The translations under genes and the position numbers were made by a program. 64,000 nucleotides of DNA, from the NCBI GenBank assembly GCA_027485695.1, contig JAIXQO010000002.1, positions 602,006-666,005 of the forward strand. Reading direction: 5' to 3'. This document shows positions 47,364 through 57,000 of the stretch, one piece after another. This stretch comes from Pseudomonadota bacterium (GTDB lineage: Bacteria > Bdellovibrionota > UBA1018). A model generated the notes under the pieces. It was not told where the DNA came from, ran no database searches, and was given only the letters and a program-made list of their open reading frames with translations. Each line of letters starts with the position of its first letter. Position 1 is the stretch's first letter.

Positions 47364-48548
47364 ATGACGTCAGGCGTTCGTTCACGACTCTGTTCTTTGG
47401 CCATATTAGCAAGCCTCACCTGGGCACCGAACTCGTTCTCGGAAACGCCGACCGAGCGACTGGCTCGCCTCTATCCGCAACTCAGCCCCGCCGAACTTCG
47501 CGAAAAAATACGAGTGACTCGGACTCCTTTCGAATTCTATCGATCCTTTGTCGCTCTCTTCTACGATGAGTTGGGAGCCACTCCACTCACCGGGACGACT
47601 TTTGCGGCGATCGCAAACGACACTGGTGTCTGCATCGGAGATGCACATCCCGAGAATTTCGGTGTGATCCTGAACGATCGTGGTGAGAGCGTGTTTACCG
47701 TGAACGACGTGGATGATGCGACCCCGGGACCGATCTTCAGTGATTTCCTGAGACTTCTTGCCGGAATCTCGATCTACTCTCCATCTACTCCGCTTACCCC
47801 ACTCGTGCAAACATACGTAGACGCACTTCAAGGACGGATGGCGCCCACATCTACTCTGGTAGCAGCCGCCATCCAAAAAAGTCAGTCCAAAGGTTTTTCT
47901 ATCGCACGAAAAGAACTGCGTTCCGATAGTGAACTCAAACGCGATGCCACCGCCAATGAACTGAGTCCCGCAGAACGGAACGCGCTCGTCTCAGCGCTCG
48001 CTCCGATCGGTCTCACACTCGTCGATGCCTACCGCTATAAACGCCTCAAGGGCGGCTCGTTCGGAACGACAAGAATCCCGACCCTCGTGGACTCTGCACC
48101 GGGATCCACCTGGGGTGGTAAACGCCTCCTGGTCGAGTTCAAGAGTCTATTCCCCTCGAGTGTGGGTGCGTTCATTCCACCGACACTCATTCCCGATGCC
48201 AGGGTTCGAGTGCCACAAGCATTGACGCTTTTTCAAAGACCTTACGGCGTTTCTCAGATTTTCCGAGTTCTCTCGATGCAAGGTGTGACGTTTCTCCAGC
48301 GCCCGCGGTGGTCCGGAAATGTGGATGTTGAGCTCGATGATTGGTCAGGGATTGCGTCGGCATCTGCAATGCTCGCGCTCTATCAAAACGAAGCAGCCGT
48401 GATCGGACGCATTCACCGCGAGGGCGCTCGTTTTCCCACCGATTACATCACGCACGCCGTTCAACTATCTCCCCAAGACTGGGTGACTCGCGCTCAGCAG
48501 CTCGCGGAGCGGATCCAAACAACCTACCAAGCGGTTCGCATTCCCTAA
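47364..48548 (+). CDS. secreted DUF2252-like protein with kinase-like GDxHxxN motif
   Basis: Signal peptide. GVCIGDAHPENFGVI resembles the DUF2252 / APH-like catalytic loop. Confidence 0.4.
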   Translation: MTSGVRSRLCSLAILASLTWAPNSFSETPTERLARLYPQLSPAELREKIRVTRTPFEFYRSFVALFYDELGATPLTGTTFAAIANDTGVCIGDAHPENFGVILNDRGESVFTVNDVDDATPGPIFSDFLRLLAGISIYSPSTPLTPLVQTYVDALQGRMAPTSTLVAAAIQKSQSKGFSIARKELRSDSELKRDATANELSPAERNALVSALAPIGLTLVDAYRYKRLKGGSFGTTRIPTLVDSAPGSTWGGKRLLVEFKSLFPSSVGAFIPPTLIPDARVRVPQALTLFQRPYGVSQIFRVLSMQGVTFLQRPRWSGNVDVELDDWSGIASASAMLALYQNEAAVIGRIHREGARFPTDYITHAVQLSPQDWVTRAQQLAERIQTTYQAVRIP

Positions 48549-48554
48549 GAAGGG

Positions 48555-48896
48555 CTACTCGTCTCGCACGCGAACTTCGAGTAGCTCCACATGGAAAATT
48601 AAACTGGAATTCGGCGGAATGATCTTTCCGATCTGTCGCTCACCGTAGGCGAGTTGTGCGGGGACTTCTAGCGTGCGTTTGCCGCCGACTTTCATCCCCA
48701 TGATTCCGATATCCCAACCTTGAATCACTCGCTTTGAGCCGATAACGAATTGAAAAGGAGTTCCTCGGTCCAGGGAGGAATCAAACTTCGTTCCATCCTC
48801 TAAATAGCCCGTATAGTGACAGATGACGAGCGCACCTTTGACAACAACGTCGCCCGTGCCTTCTAGCGTATCGATGATTTTAAGTTCGGAAATCAT
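48555..48896 (-). CDS. FKBP-type peptidyl-prolyl cis-trans isomerase
   Basis: YTGYLEDGTKFDSS…FQFVIGSKRVIQGWDIGIMGMKVGGKRTLEVP. Confidence 0.85.
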   Translation of the reverse strand: MISELKIIDTLEGTGDVVVKGALVICHYTGYLEDGTKFDSSLDRGTPFQFVIGSKRVIQGWDIGIMGMKVGGKRTLEVPAQLAYGERQIGKIIPPNSSLIFHVELLEVRVRDE

Positions 48897-48909
48897 GTGC
48901 GAGCCTGAA

Positions 48910-49617
48910 CTACTTCTTCCTGCCGAGGAGATTCAAGAGTTTCAGGAAAAGGTTGATGAAATCGAGGTAAAGCGTGAGAGCGCCGTAAATGGCTTCTTTG
49001 CGGTCTTCGTCGGTGCCTTCGTTGCCGATGATGTTCATCTCTTTGATTTTTTGCGTGTCGTAGGCCGTCAGTCCGGCAAATACGATCACTCCGACCGTGT
49101 TGTATACTTTGCCTGCCACTCCACCCTGCATGCCCGGAAAAAACAGGCTGATGAGACCGTAACCAATCATACCGAACAGTCCCATGATGCAAAACGACCC
49201 GAGCGGCCCGAGGTCGCGTTTGGTGATGTAACCGTAAGCGCTGAGCCCTGCGAATCCACAGGCCGTGAGCGCGAAAACTTGCGTGATACTCTCACCCGTA
49301 TAAATCAGAAAAATCATCGATAGCGTGACGCCCGTCAGTGCGGCGTAGGCCAAATAGATCGCGGCCGCCGCCACTGAGCTCATTCTGCGGATCCAAAGCG
49401 AAAGTGTGAATACGGCTCCCAGCTGCGCGATGAGCAGCCCCCAAAAAACCCAGCGGTTCATCAGGATGTAGGAGATCCAGGCCTCGTTCTGAGAAACGTT
49501 CCAAGCCACCGCACCGGTGAGACAAATGCCTCCGGTCATCCATGCATAGACGCGGGACATAAAACGAGCGTTCTCGGCCGCTACCATCTGAGGGGTCATC
49601 AGTTCCGTATTCTGCAT
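48910..49617 (-). CDS. Bax inhibitor-1/YccA family membrane protein
   Basis: 7-TM layout, N-terminal FMSRVYAWMTGGI and C-terminal charged tail. Confidence 0.8.
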   Translation of the reverse strand: MQNTELMTPQMVAAENARFMSRVYAWMTGGICLTGAVAWNVSQNEAWISYILMNRWVFWGLLIAQLGAVFTLSLWIRRMSSVAAAAIYLAYAALTGVTLSMIFLIYTGESITQVFALTACGFAGLSAYGYITKRDLGPLGSFCIMGLFGMIGYGLISLFFPGMQGGVAGKVYNTVGVIVFAGLTAYDTQKIKEMNIIGNEGTDEDRKEAIYGALTLYLDFINLFLKLLNLLGRKK

Positions 49618-49687
49618 GATCCTATTCTAATGGTTCAGAAACTGGGCGCAAGTAGACTCGCTATGGTAGGTTCAAGTCCGTCAAAAG

Positions 49688-51217
49688 ATGAACTTAAATG
49701 ATCTTCCCCTTTTCTTCTTGGACCTCCAAACCACGGGCGCAACGCCTCGGACAGCGAGGATTTTAGAGATCGCCTGGGGTGCCCCTTATGACCAACCGGA
49801 CGAGTCCTATCTCGTTCCGAGCCCGAACGGTGATCCACTCTCCCCGGGGATACGAAGGATTACGGGAGTGAACGAAGAAGAAATGGCGCAAGCGCCCGCA
49901 GAGGCCGTTACACTCTCACGATTCAAAAACTATCTCACGACGAGTGGCCGAACATATGGCGTGATTCATTTCGCCAAATTTGAGACGCCGTTTCTTCGAG
50001 AATGGCTCTCGTGCGCCGATACCGAGTTTCCTTTTAAGACGATTTGTACCTTTGAGATCGCTAGACGCCTCCTCCCGGATCTCCCGAGTCGGGGAATCCG
50101 CGGCTTGGCTGGATATTTCGGTGTTCCCGCCTCAAACGAGCTCAAACGCGCAGCCGCGCAGATTCAAGCAACGCGCGTGATTTGGCAAGGACTCCTCCCA
50201 CTTCTCCAGGAACGCGGGATCCAGTCTCTAGAAGAACTCCAGAATTTTCTGGAGTCTCCCGTCCCCAAGAAAACCAAGCACGTCTACCAACTCCCTGCCG
50301 AAAAACGACTTACCCTCCCCGATTCGCCCGGCATCTACAAAATGCTCGGACGCGACGGCACGATCCTTTACGTCGGCAAGGCAACGAGCCTCAAAGACCG
50401 CGTGAACAGCTATTTTCGTGGCCGCAAGGGACGCGATCCCAAGAAACTCGAAATGCTCACGCAGGTTTGGGACCTGGAGACGGTGAGCTGCGATACACCA
50501 CTGGAGGCGGCACTCTTAGAAACCGACGAAATCAAAAGGCTCGACCCGCCCTACAATATCAGTTTGAAATCACGAGATCGGAAACTCTATTTCTACGATC
50601 GTACGCTGGTCGAGTTCTCGAATCAGGAGACCGACCGCCATCGAATTGGACCTTTCACGAGCGAAGAGTCCCTGCGCATGGTTCTTCGGATCGCACGAGC
50701 GCCTCGCGAAAATGCGGAAATCCGCTTCTCAGAAAATCCTTTCTACGATCCGATCGAACTGGAACTCGTTCAAAAGGGATTCGACCGGTTTCTGGAATTA
50801 CAGAGTCTGTCACCTGATCAACTCCGTTCTCCGCGCTCGGTCCTCGCGCTCGGGCTCCACTGTTTGAGAAATCTGCCACCAGAAGATGAGAACATCGATT
50901 CGAAAGATGAGACCGATGAAACAGAAATCGAAGTGACACCCGAGACGATCGCAGAAAAGTTCCTTCGTCACTTAGCCAGTAACGCCGAGACTTACTTGCG
51001 CGCGAGATCGCTTGCCAAATACTTGAATTCCGAATGGGAAATCCCATTCCAAGGTAAAACGAAGCGAATTCGTTTCCAAAATGGCGTACGAACCGCAGAA
51101 GACCAGCTCACCTCCGACGAAACGAGTTCCCGAGAAATGAGCTGGAGAGGTCTCGGAGTTTCCGACTACGACCGGATGATCGTCCTCAGATCAGGGATCG
51201 AACAGCTGACCGACTGA
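49688..51217 (+). CDS. DEDDh 3'-5' exonuclease (DnaQ-like) fused to GIY-YIG nuclease domain (Cho / Rv2191-like)
   Basis: FFLDLQTTGATPRTARILEIAW (Exo I). GIYKMLGRDGTILYVGKATSLKDRVNSY (GIY-YIG). About 200-aa C-terminal extension. Confidence 0.7.
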   Translation: MNLNDLPLFFLDLQTTGATPRTARILEIAWGAPYDQPDESYLVPSPNGDPLSPGIRRITGVNEEEMAQAPAEAVTLSRFKNYLTTSGRTYGVIHFAKFETPFLREWLSCADTEFPFKTICTFEIARRLLPDLPSRGIRGLAGYFGVPASNELKRAAAQIQATRVIWQGLLPLLQERGIQSLEELQNFLESPVPKKTKHVYQLPAEKRLTLPDSPGIYKMLGRDGTILYVGKATSLKDRVNSYFRGRKGRDPKKLEMLTQVWDLETVSCDTPLEAALLETDEIKRLDPPYNISLKSRDRKLYFYDRTLVEFSNQETDRHRIGPFTSEESLRMVLRIARAPRENAEIRFSENPFYDPIELELVQKGFDRFLELQSLSPDQLRSPRSVLALGLHCLRNLPPEDENIDSKDETDETEIEVTPETIAEKFLRHLASNAETYLRARSLAKYLNSEWEIPFQGKTKRIRFQNGVRTAEDQLTSDETSSREMSWRGLGVSDYDRMIVLRSGIEQLTD

Positions 51218-52163
51218 GGTATTCCTCGAGTTTGTCGAACGATCCGGTCCAGCCTTGGGTCATGCCGCCGCGTTCTTGGATGAACGCCTCGAGCTCTTCG
51301 CGAGTTGCAGTTCCAGAGATCTCCCAGTTCACGGTCACGCGCGTTTCATTCGGTCCTTCGGAGGCGAACGCAACGGTCGTCAGCATCGTCTCAGGCCAAG
51401 TCGGTGCATGTGGATGTCGAGAAACCTTGCCGCTAGCGTCGGCAAACTGCTGTTGATAGACGAGCTTCAAAGGGCGGCTCATCTCCACGTATTCGATCAG
51501 GCCAAAAAACTCAAACGTTTGCCCAGCGTCGAACATCCTGAAGAACGATTTACCCCCCGGCCGAATATCAGCGCGCACGAATTCCATTTCCACACCGGTC
51601 GGCGCTAACCAGTGAGTGACATGTTCCGGTTTCGTCCACAAATCGTAGAGTGTTTCAATGGGTGCACGGAATGTGCGGTTGATGACGAACGTTTCTTTTC
51701 CGCTCACCTCATGGGTGAGGAATTCTGCGAGGCGATCCCACGTAGAATTTCCACCCGCTTGCTTGATGAATCCAGCCATCTGTTTTGCGACTTCGGGATT
51801 CTCAAACGCCATCGCCATTTCCATCAAGGTCTTGCCTTTGACATCTTGAAACGTCACGGTCACACGAAAAAGCGGAGGCCGATCATCGTTTCCGCCGTGG
51901 TCATAGACGAGACGCGAGTATTTCTCGACCTCATGGTAGATCGTTTTGTTCTCCCAATCCTTACCGTCCGGTCCGTGCATCGTGTAGGACCAGTGACCGC
52001 CGGGGCGAAGATCTTTACTGTGAGTCGTGAGCGTGAAACCGCGCGGGCCCCACCATTTCGCCACTTGCTTGGGGTCAGTCCAGGCGTCCCAGACGGTTTT
52101 CACGTCGGCATCGTAGAGACGGGTGAGATAGATCTCATTGGGCTTATTTCGTGATCCGGACAT
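51186..52163 (-). CDS. tandem SRPBCC (AHSA1-like) domain protein
   Basis: Two repeats each with W..W..P…W motifs (VWDAWTDPKQVAKWW and LYDLWTKPEHVTHWL). Overlaps arsR-like gene by 20 nt. Confidence 0.7.
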   Translation of the reverse strand: MSGSRNKPNEIYLTRLYDADVKTVWDAWTDPKQVAKWWGPRGFTLTTHSKDLRPGGHWSYTMHGPDGKDWENKTIYHEVEKYSRLVYDHGGNDDRPPLFRVTVTFQDVKGKTLMEMAMAFENPEVAKQMAGFIKQAGGNSTWDRLAEFLTHEVSGKETFVINRTFRAPIETLYDLWTKPEHVTHWLAPTGVEMEFVRADIRPGGKSFFRMFDAGQTFEFFGLIEYVEMSRPLKLVYQQQFADASGKVSRHPHAPTWPETMLTTVAFASEGPNETRVTVNWEISGTATREELEAFIQERGGMTQGWTGSFDKLEEYLSRSAVRSLI

Positions 52164-52533
52164 TTTTTCTACTCCTCGATGATGGTCTTTTTTTTGAGGC
52201 GGCCTTTTTAGCCGTGACCGTTTTTAAGTAGGCATCCAGCCGATCCAAGCTCTCTTCCCAGAAAACCCGATACTGTTCCATCCACGACGACGCGTCTCTC
52301 AGCGCCTCTCCTTCGAGCTTGCACGGGCGCCACTGGGCGTTTCGCGACTTACTGATGAGTCCCGCTTTTTCTAGCACCTTGAGATGCTTGGTCACAGCCG
52401 GTAGGCTCATCGATCCCAAAAACGGAGCCGCCAGATCCGACACGCTCGCCTCTCCTTCTGACAAGCGCGCCAAGATCGCCCGACGAGTCGGGTCTGCGAG
52501 CGCGGCAAACGTTTGGCTTAAAGCGTCTTGCAT
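52144..52533 (-). CDS. ArsR/SmtB family transcriptional regulator
   Basis: ALADPTRRAILARLSEGEASVSDLA…VTKHLKVLEKAGLI winged-helix. Confidence 0.8.
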   Translation of the reverse strand: MQDALSQTFAALADPTRRAILARLSEGEASVSDLAAPFLGSMSLPAVTKHLKVLEKAGLISKSRNAQWRPCKLEGEALRDASSWMEQYRVFWEESLDRLDAYLKTVTAKKAASKKRPSSRSRKNVRITK

Positions 52534-52535
52534 AT

Positions 52536-52567
52536 TTAACTATTCGGTTAATTAACTAATCAGTTAA
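52536..52567. promoter_or_regulatory. two tandem 16-bp palindromes TTAACTATTCGGTTAA / TTAACTAATCAGTTAA abutting arsR-like start codon
   Basis: Read directly. Each 16-mer has 5-bp arms TTAAC/GTTAA. Whole element nests in 9-bp arms TATTTAACT/AGTTAAATA. Confidence 0.55.
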
Positions 52568-52645
52568 ATATAGAGCAAAAAAGAGTGCCTGAAAAGATCT
52601 ATTCTCAGGCTCGGCTAAGTGATCGTTTTGTCAGCGATCCGGGAG

Positions 52646-53161
52646 CTACCGCTCCGACTGCTTGATATTCCAATCGGTTACCCAAGCTGGTATCGGCGGC
52701 GAAGACTGATTCACTCCTCCAAGCGCCAAGATCTCTGCCGCCCTCACGGAGCCCCCCACTTTTTTCAAGAATCGGGCGCGAACCACGGCTTCGGCGATCG
52801 CCGTTTCGCCGCGATAAAACTTCTGACTGAGGAGAAACGCTTGATCGTCCCATCCAAGCACACGCGTCTGAACTTCGAATCGATCCCAGAGCTGAAGTGA
52901 TTTTCGGTAGCGAATCATCTGAGAAACGACGACTGGATAATACCCCTGATCCGAGATCAGTTTTGCAAACCCCGAACGAAGCATCAAATCGGTACGACCC
53001 AAATCCATAATCGTCAGGTAACGCCCGTTATTCATGTGCCGGAGGAGATCTAGGTCATTCGGCCAACAACGAAAAGGCGTGCGGCAAACCTCTAATATTC
53101 CCACGCGAGGGCGAAAACGATACAAGAGGAATACACCGAGCAATCGGATCAAAAGATTCAT
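52646..53161 (-). CDS. acyl-CoA thioesterase (hotdog, YbgC/FcoT-like)
   Basis: 171 aa. WPNDLDLLRHMNNGRYLTIMDLGR hotdog motif. Confidence 0.65.
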   Translation of the reverse strand: MNLLIRLLGVFLLYRFRPRVGILEVCRTPFRCWPNDLDLLRHMNNGRYLTIMDLGRTDLMLRSGFAKLISDQGYYPVVVSQMIRYRKSLQLWDRFEVQTRVLGWDDQAFLLSQKFYRGETAIAEAVVRARFLKKVGGSVRAAEILALGGVNQSSPPIPAWVTDWNIKQSER

Positions 53162-53208
53162 ACCCGGCTTATTGTACCAAATGGTACACTTATGTCAATG
53201 GAGGCGTT

Positions 53209-53814
53209 TTGGCGAGAATATCAGACCCGAAGCTCAAGGAAGAACTTCTGAAAAAGAGCGTCGACGCCTGCATTCAAGATGGCTTCTCGGGATTCTCGCT
53301 CCGCACCCTCGCCGACCAAATCGGCACGAGCCACCGGATGCTCATCTATCATTTCGGGTCCACGCAGAAACTTTTTGAGACGATCTTAGGCGAGTTTCGC
53401 AAACGAAACGTGGCCATCATCCAAGAAGAATTTTCACAGGCGAAGTCTTCTGAGGATTTCGTACGCATCACGCAACGACTCTGGAAGCGACTTTCATCAC
53501 AGGAAAATCGGAATCTTATGATCTCCTATTTCGAAGTCCAGAACTACTGCTTGAGAAACGGCGACACCCGAAGAACTTCTGAATACCTAGAAGCCACGCT
53601 TGAAACTTGGTTGAAGCCCATCGCCGCTACCCTTGCGCGCCTTGGGGTCAACGGCCCCCAAAGCCGAGTCATCGGACGACTCATCTTGAGCGGAGGGCGC
53701 GGACTGCTTCTCGATGGGATGGGATCCGGCTCTACCACTGACCAAAAAGAGCTTCAGCGATCTTTCGACCTGCTATTGGAAGCCGTCATTCAAGTCATCC
53801 CAAAAATCCGGTAA
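53209..53814 (+). CDS. TetR/AcrR family transcriptional regulator
   Basis: N-terminal HTH GFSGFSLRTLADQIGTSHRMLIYHFGS. Confidence 0.75.
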   Translation: MARISDPKLKEELLKKSVDACIQDGFSGFSLRTLADQIGTSHRMLIYHFGSTQKLFETILGEFRKRNVAIIQEEFSQAKSSEDFVRITQRLWKRLSSQENRNLMISYFEVQNYCLRNGDTRRTSEYLEATLETWLKPIAATLARLGVNGPQSRVIGRLILSGGRGLLLDGMGSGSTTDQKELQRSFDLLLEAVIQVIPKIR

Positions 53815-53823
53815 AACAAACGC

Positions 53824-54294
53824 ATGACCGAGTCGATTCAGATTTCCCCTATTGGATATGTCCACTCCGCTCGCAAAACTCCCGAGGATGATTTCTGGAA
53901 TGCGGTCCCCACTGAAATTGAGCTCGACGCCTCCCGCTTCTCTCCTGACTCGCTCGCCGGACTCACGGACTTCTCGCACATCGAAGTGATCTTCTATATG
54001 AACCACGTCGAGAGCGAGGCGATTCAAATGGGCGCTCGCCACCCGCGCAATCGCAAAGACTGGCCGCTCGTAGGTATTTTCGCTCAACGGGGGAAGAACC
54101 GTCCCAACCGGCTGGGCACTACGGTTTGTAGAATCTTGTCCGTCGAAGGACTTCGGATTCGTGTCGAGGGCCTAGACGCGATTCAAGGGACTCCCGTCCT
54201 CGACATCAAGCCGTGGGTCGATGAGTTCGCTCCGCAAGGCCCGACTCGCCAACCCGAATGGATGACTGAACTGATGAAGAACTACTGGAAATAG
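53824..54294 (+). CDS. tsaA: tRNA (adenine37-N6)-methyltransferase TsaA/TrmO (YaeB family)
   Basis: PIGYVHS, RPNRLGTT, GTPVLDIKPW motifs. Confidence 0.8.
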   Translation: MTESIQISPIGYVHSARKTPEDDFWNAVPTEIELDASRFSPDSLAGLTDFSHIEVIFYMNHVESEAIQMGARHPRNRKDWPLVGIFAQRGKNRPNRLGTTVCRILSVEGLRIRVEGLDAIQGTPVLDIKPWVDEFAPQGPTRQPEWMTELMKNYWK

Positions 54295-54350
54295 AAACGG
54301 CCACCGAATCACTTCGGTAGCCGCAAAAAACTTTTCTCGTTGTCGTTGAA

Positions 54351-54857
54351 CTAAAATGCCACTCGCGCGCAAGGAGCAACGGTGACTGTCACGTTCTCAT
54401 GTCCACCCGTTTTGGAATTCAAATCCGGAAATACGAAATTCACCACACCCGGACGACCTTCGAATACGGATACGTTGAGCGAATAGTGCCCGGCGTTTCT
54501 TACTTGGCGATAGAAACCGGAGACATAAATTTGAGCGCGCCCTTCACGAGTGAGCGTGGCTTCGTTGACTTCGCGAATTTGATACGGATCCACATTCTCG
54601 AGCAGCGTTCCGCGAATCACGTACTGAGCAACACTCCCATAAATCATGTTCGGGAATTTCGATGGATCCGGCGACACGACGACCAATCGATTGAGTCGAC
54701 CGAAACGTCCATCTTGTTCGAAATCCACAACCATCGTTCCATTGGATGCGACATCAACGTGACTAGAACTGGTCACCGGACAGACCATGCGGAATGTGCC
54801 TGCCGATGCGTTGAACGAAAACGCGATCCCCATCAAAATCAAAAATCCGAATTTCAT
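54351..54857 (-). CDS. secreted hypothetical protein
   Basis: 168 aa, signal peptide MKFGFLILMGIAFSFNASA. Confidence 0.4.
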   Translation of the reverse strand: MKFGFLILMGIAFSFNASAGTFRMVCPVTSSSHVDVASNGTMVVDFEQDGRFGRLNRLVVVSPDPSKFPNMIYGSVAQYVIRGTLLENVDPYQIREVNEATLTREGRAQIYVSGFYRQVRNAGHYSLNVSVFEGRPGVVNFVFPDLNSKTGGHENVTVTVAPCARVAF

Positions 54858-55033
54858 GGCGCCCCTTTTACACAGGAGACGGATTCGGGTGCAAGTGACA
54901 CCTGAACTTCATGCTCGTTTTTAAGTACGCAACGCATTAGTACTTCTTACCGAAGCCAGGAGACTGGCTCGGTTTCGGTAAAGGTTCCCCTGCTTCTCAA
55001 CAGGCATAAAACCAATTAAACTAGGCAGATCCT

Positions 55034-55681
55034 ATGAAAACCTCCATTCAGATTGAACTCGATGCAATCGTCAAGCTCACCCATGGCGCTCAGTATAAAA
55101 CTGCCCTAAAACGAGCTCAGCAATTAAGGAGAAACCATCGCGATCATTTCGATGTCGAGTATATTTATGCAAAGATCTTGGGTGACTACGCTGACGAACT
55201 CCCAAAAAAAGAACGCGCAAAACTAAAACGCGAAGCTAGTCAGATATTAAGAAAACTTTGTTATCGGCTCGCAGGGAAATCGACCGAAACTCAATTCTGG
55301 GTACGAACCAACTACTACTATCACTTGGCCCGTTTCCAAGACCTGATCCGGGTTGGGCACGAGCTCTTTAAGCAGAATCCACTCCGTGGCCTCTACGCGA
55401 TTGCTGGAGGATCCGCCCTCCATGCGGAAGCTCAGGCGCTTAAAAAAAATCAAACGATCGCAAAACGTTACGCCAGAGAATCTCTCAAGTATTGGAAACA
55501 ATATTTCAAACTCAGCCCCCGAGAAAAATACTATTTCCCCTATACGCTCGAAGCAATGGCACATGCCATCCTGAACGACGAAGCATCCATGAATCGACTT
55601 CTAAAAAAGGCAGAAAAACTCAGCGGTCAGAAGCACGACTACTGGGAGTTTAAAGAAGTTCGAAGTCTACTGGCAGGCTAG
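55034..55681 (+). CDS. hypothetical helical protein
   Basis: 215 aa, Lys/Arg-rich, no motif recognised. Confidence 0.4.
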   Translation: MKTSIQIELDAIVKLTHGAQYKTALKRAQQLRRNHRDHFDVEYIYAKILGDYADELPKKERAKLKREASQILRKLCYRLAGKSTETQFWVRTNYYYHLARFQDLIRVGHELFKQNPLRGLYAIAGGSALHAEAQALKKNQTIAKRYARESLKYWKQYFKLSPREKYYFPYTLEAMAHAILNDEASMNRLLKKAEKLSGQKHDYWEFKEVRSLLAG

Positions 55682-56928
55682 CCGTTTGCCAGCTCACTCA
55701 CCACCTGCCTCACTTGCTCTCGAATATCCGGAAGCGCCGTGATTTCCCAAAGTGTACTACGCGCCGGTGGCCCGATGAACCATAGGCCGCGCTCATTTCC
55801 TAACCCGCCAAGATCGAGGTCCTCGTCAATGGGAGCGCCGACGGCGAGCGCGATCCGATCGCACGTGTAAGCGACGACTTCAGAGGAGTTCTTGAGGCCA
55901 AGCTCCAGCTGAATTCGACCATTCACTCGTTGAGCGAACTTCACTCGTCCTGCCATGACTCGAACTCGACCAGATTTTAGATCATGGTCCAACTCAGCAC
56001 GAATACCCTGGGGCATCCGATGCCGAATCACTTCCCAATAGGGCCTTAAATGACGGAAAAAACGGCGTCGTTCTCTTGGTTCCCAAGCTCTCCAAATCGC
56101 TCTGACTTGGGCGCGAATGGCAATCGCAAGTGATGGCCACCCGGCCTGAGTTTCGCGCTTGAGGTTCCGTACGAGCCGCAGAATCTGGACCGGAGTCAGA
56201 GTGTCGAGTTTCGGTATCTGGATCGGAACGGGAGCATCTTCATGCGCGATTGGAAACAAACCCCGACGAGAGATGAAATCGACCTGAATATCGCCCGCAT
56301 TACGCACGCGTCTCCAAACATCGATCGCCGTCAGTCCAGTGCCAACGATCAGGATCTCATCTGATTTTTGGCAATTGCTCAAATCATCCAGAGAGATCAT
56401 CACGCGATCACGAACCGGGACTAGCGCAGCAAAGTCACGCGACAAATCCGGCGAGCGATATCCAGTTGCGACAATCAGCGCATCCACCCGCTCCATTGCT
56501 TGAGAATCTAAGGTCAGCGCAAAACGATCGTTTTCTTTTTGAACGGCTATGACCCGCGCAGCGATGTGGACGAACGGAACCGAATTCACTCGATCCACAA
56601 TATAATCACCATAAACCGCGCGATTCACATAAGGCCAGTGTTCAAAACTCGATTCAGAGCGACCTTGAGTTTTCAGCCACTCGACAAAATCCTGGGGATC
56701 ATCTGAACGAGCACTCATCAGTGCGGCGGGAACATTCAAAAGATCGCCGCGATCGGGTCCTGCATAGGCACGTCCACGTCCCGTTTCAGACGTGGGATCG
56801 AAAACCACCAGCTCAATCGATGGATCCAGACGCCGACGACACTCGATCACAAACAGCGCGGCACTAGCGCCACCGCCAACAATGCCGATTCGCTTGGGTG
56901 CTTGAATGAAAGTTTTTCGTGAATTCAA
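55678..56928 (-). CDS. FAD/NAD(P)-binding protein (NAD_binding_9-like)
   Basis: IGIVGGGASAALFV Rossmann. Second ILIVGTGLTAIDV. Confidence 0.65.
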   Translation of the reverse strand: MNSRKTFIQAPKRIGIVGGGASAALFVIECRRRLDPSIELVVFDPTSETGRGRAYAGPDRGDLLNVPAALMSARSDDPQDFVEWLKTQGRSESSFEHWPYVNRAVYGDYIVDRVNSVPFVHIAARVIAVQKENDRFALTLDSQAMERVDALIVATGYRSPDLSRDFAALVPVRDRVMISLDDLSNCQKSDEILIVGTGLTAIDVWRRVRNAGDIQVDFISRRGLFPIAHEDAPVPIQIPKLDTLTPVQILRLVRNLKRETQAGWPSLAIAIRAQVRAIWRAWEPRERRRFFRHLRPYWEVIRHRMPQGIRAELDHDLKSGRVRVMAGRVKFAQRVNGRIQLELGLKNSSEVVAYTCDRIALAVGAPIDEDLDLGGLGNERGLWFIGPPARSTLWEITALPDIREQVRQVVSELANG

Positions 56929-57000
56929 AACGGTCGATCCCCTGATTCCATTTTGAGAGGGCCAATCGCGTAAAACAACAAAAAGTAGCGGAGTCCTAAC

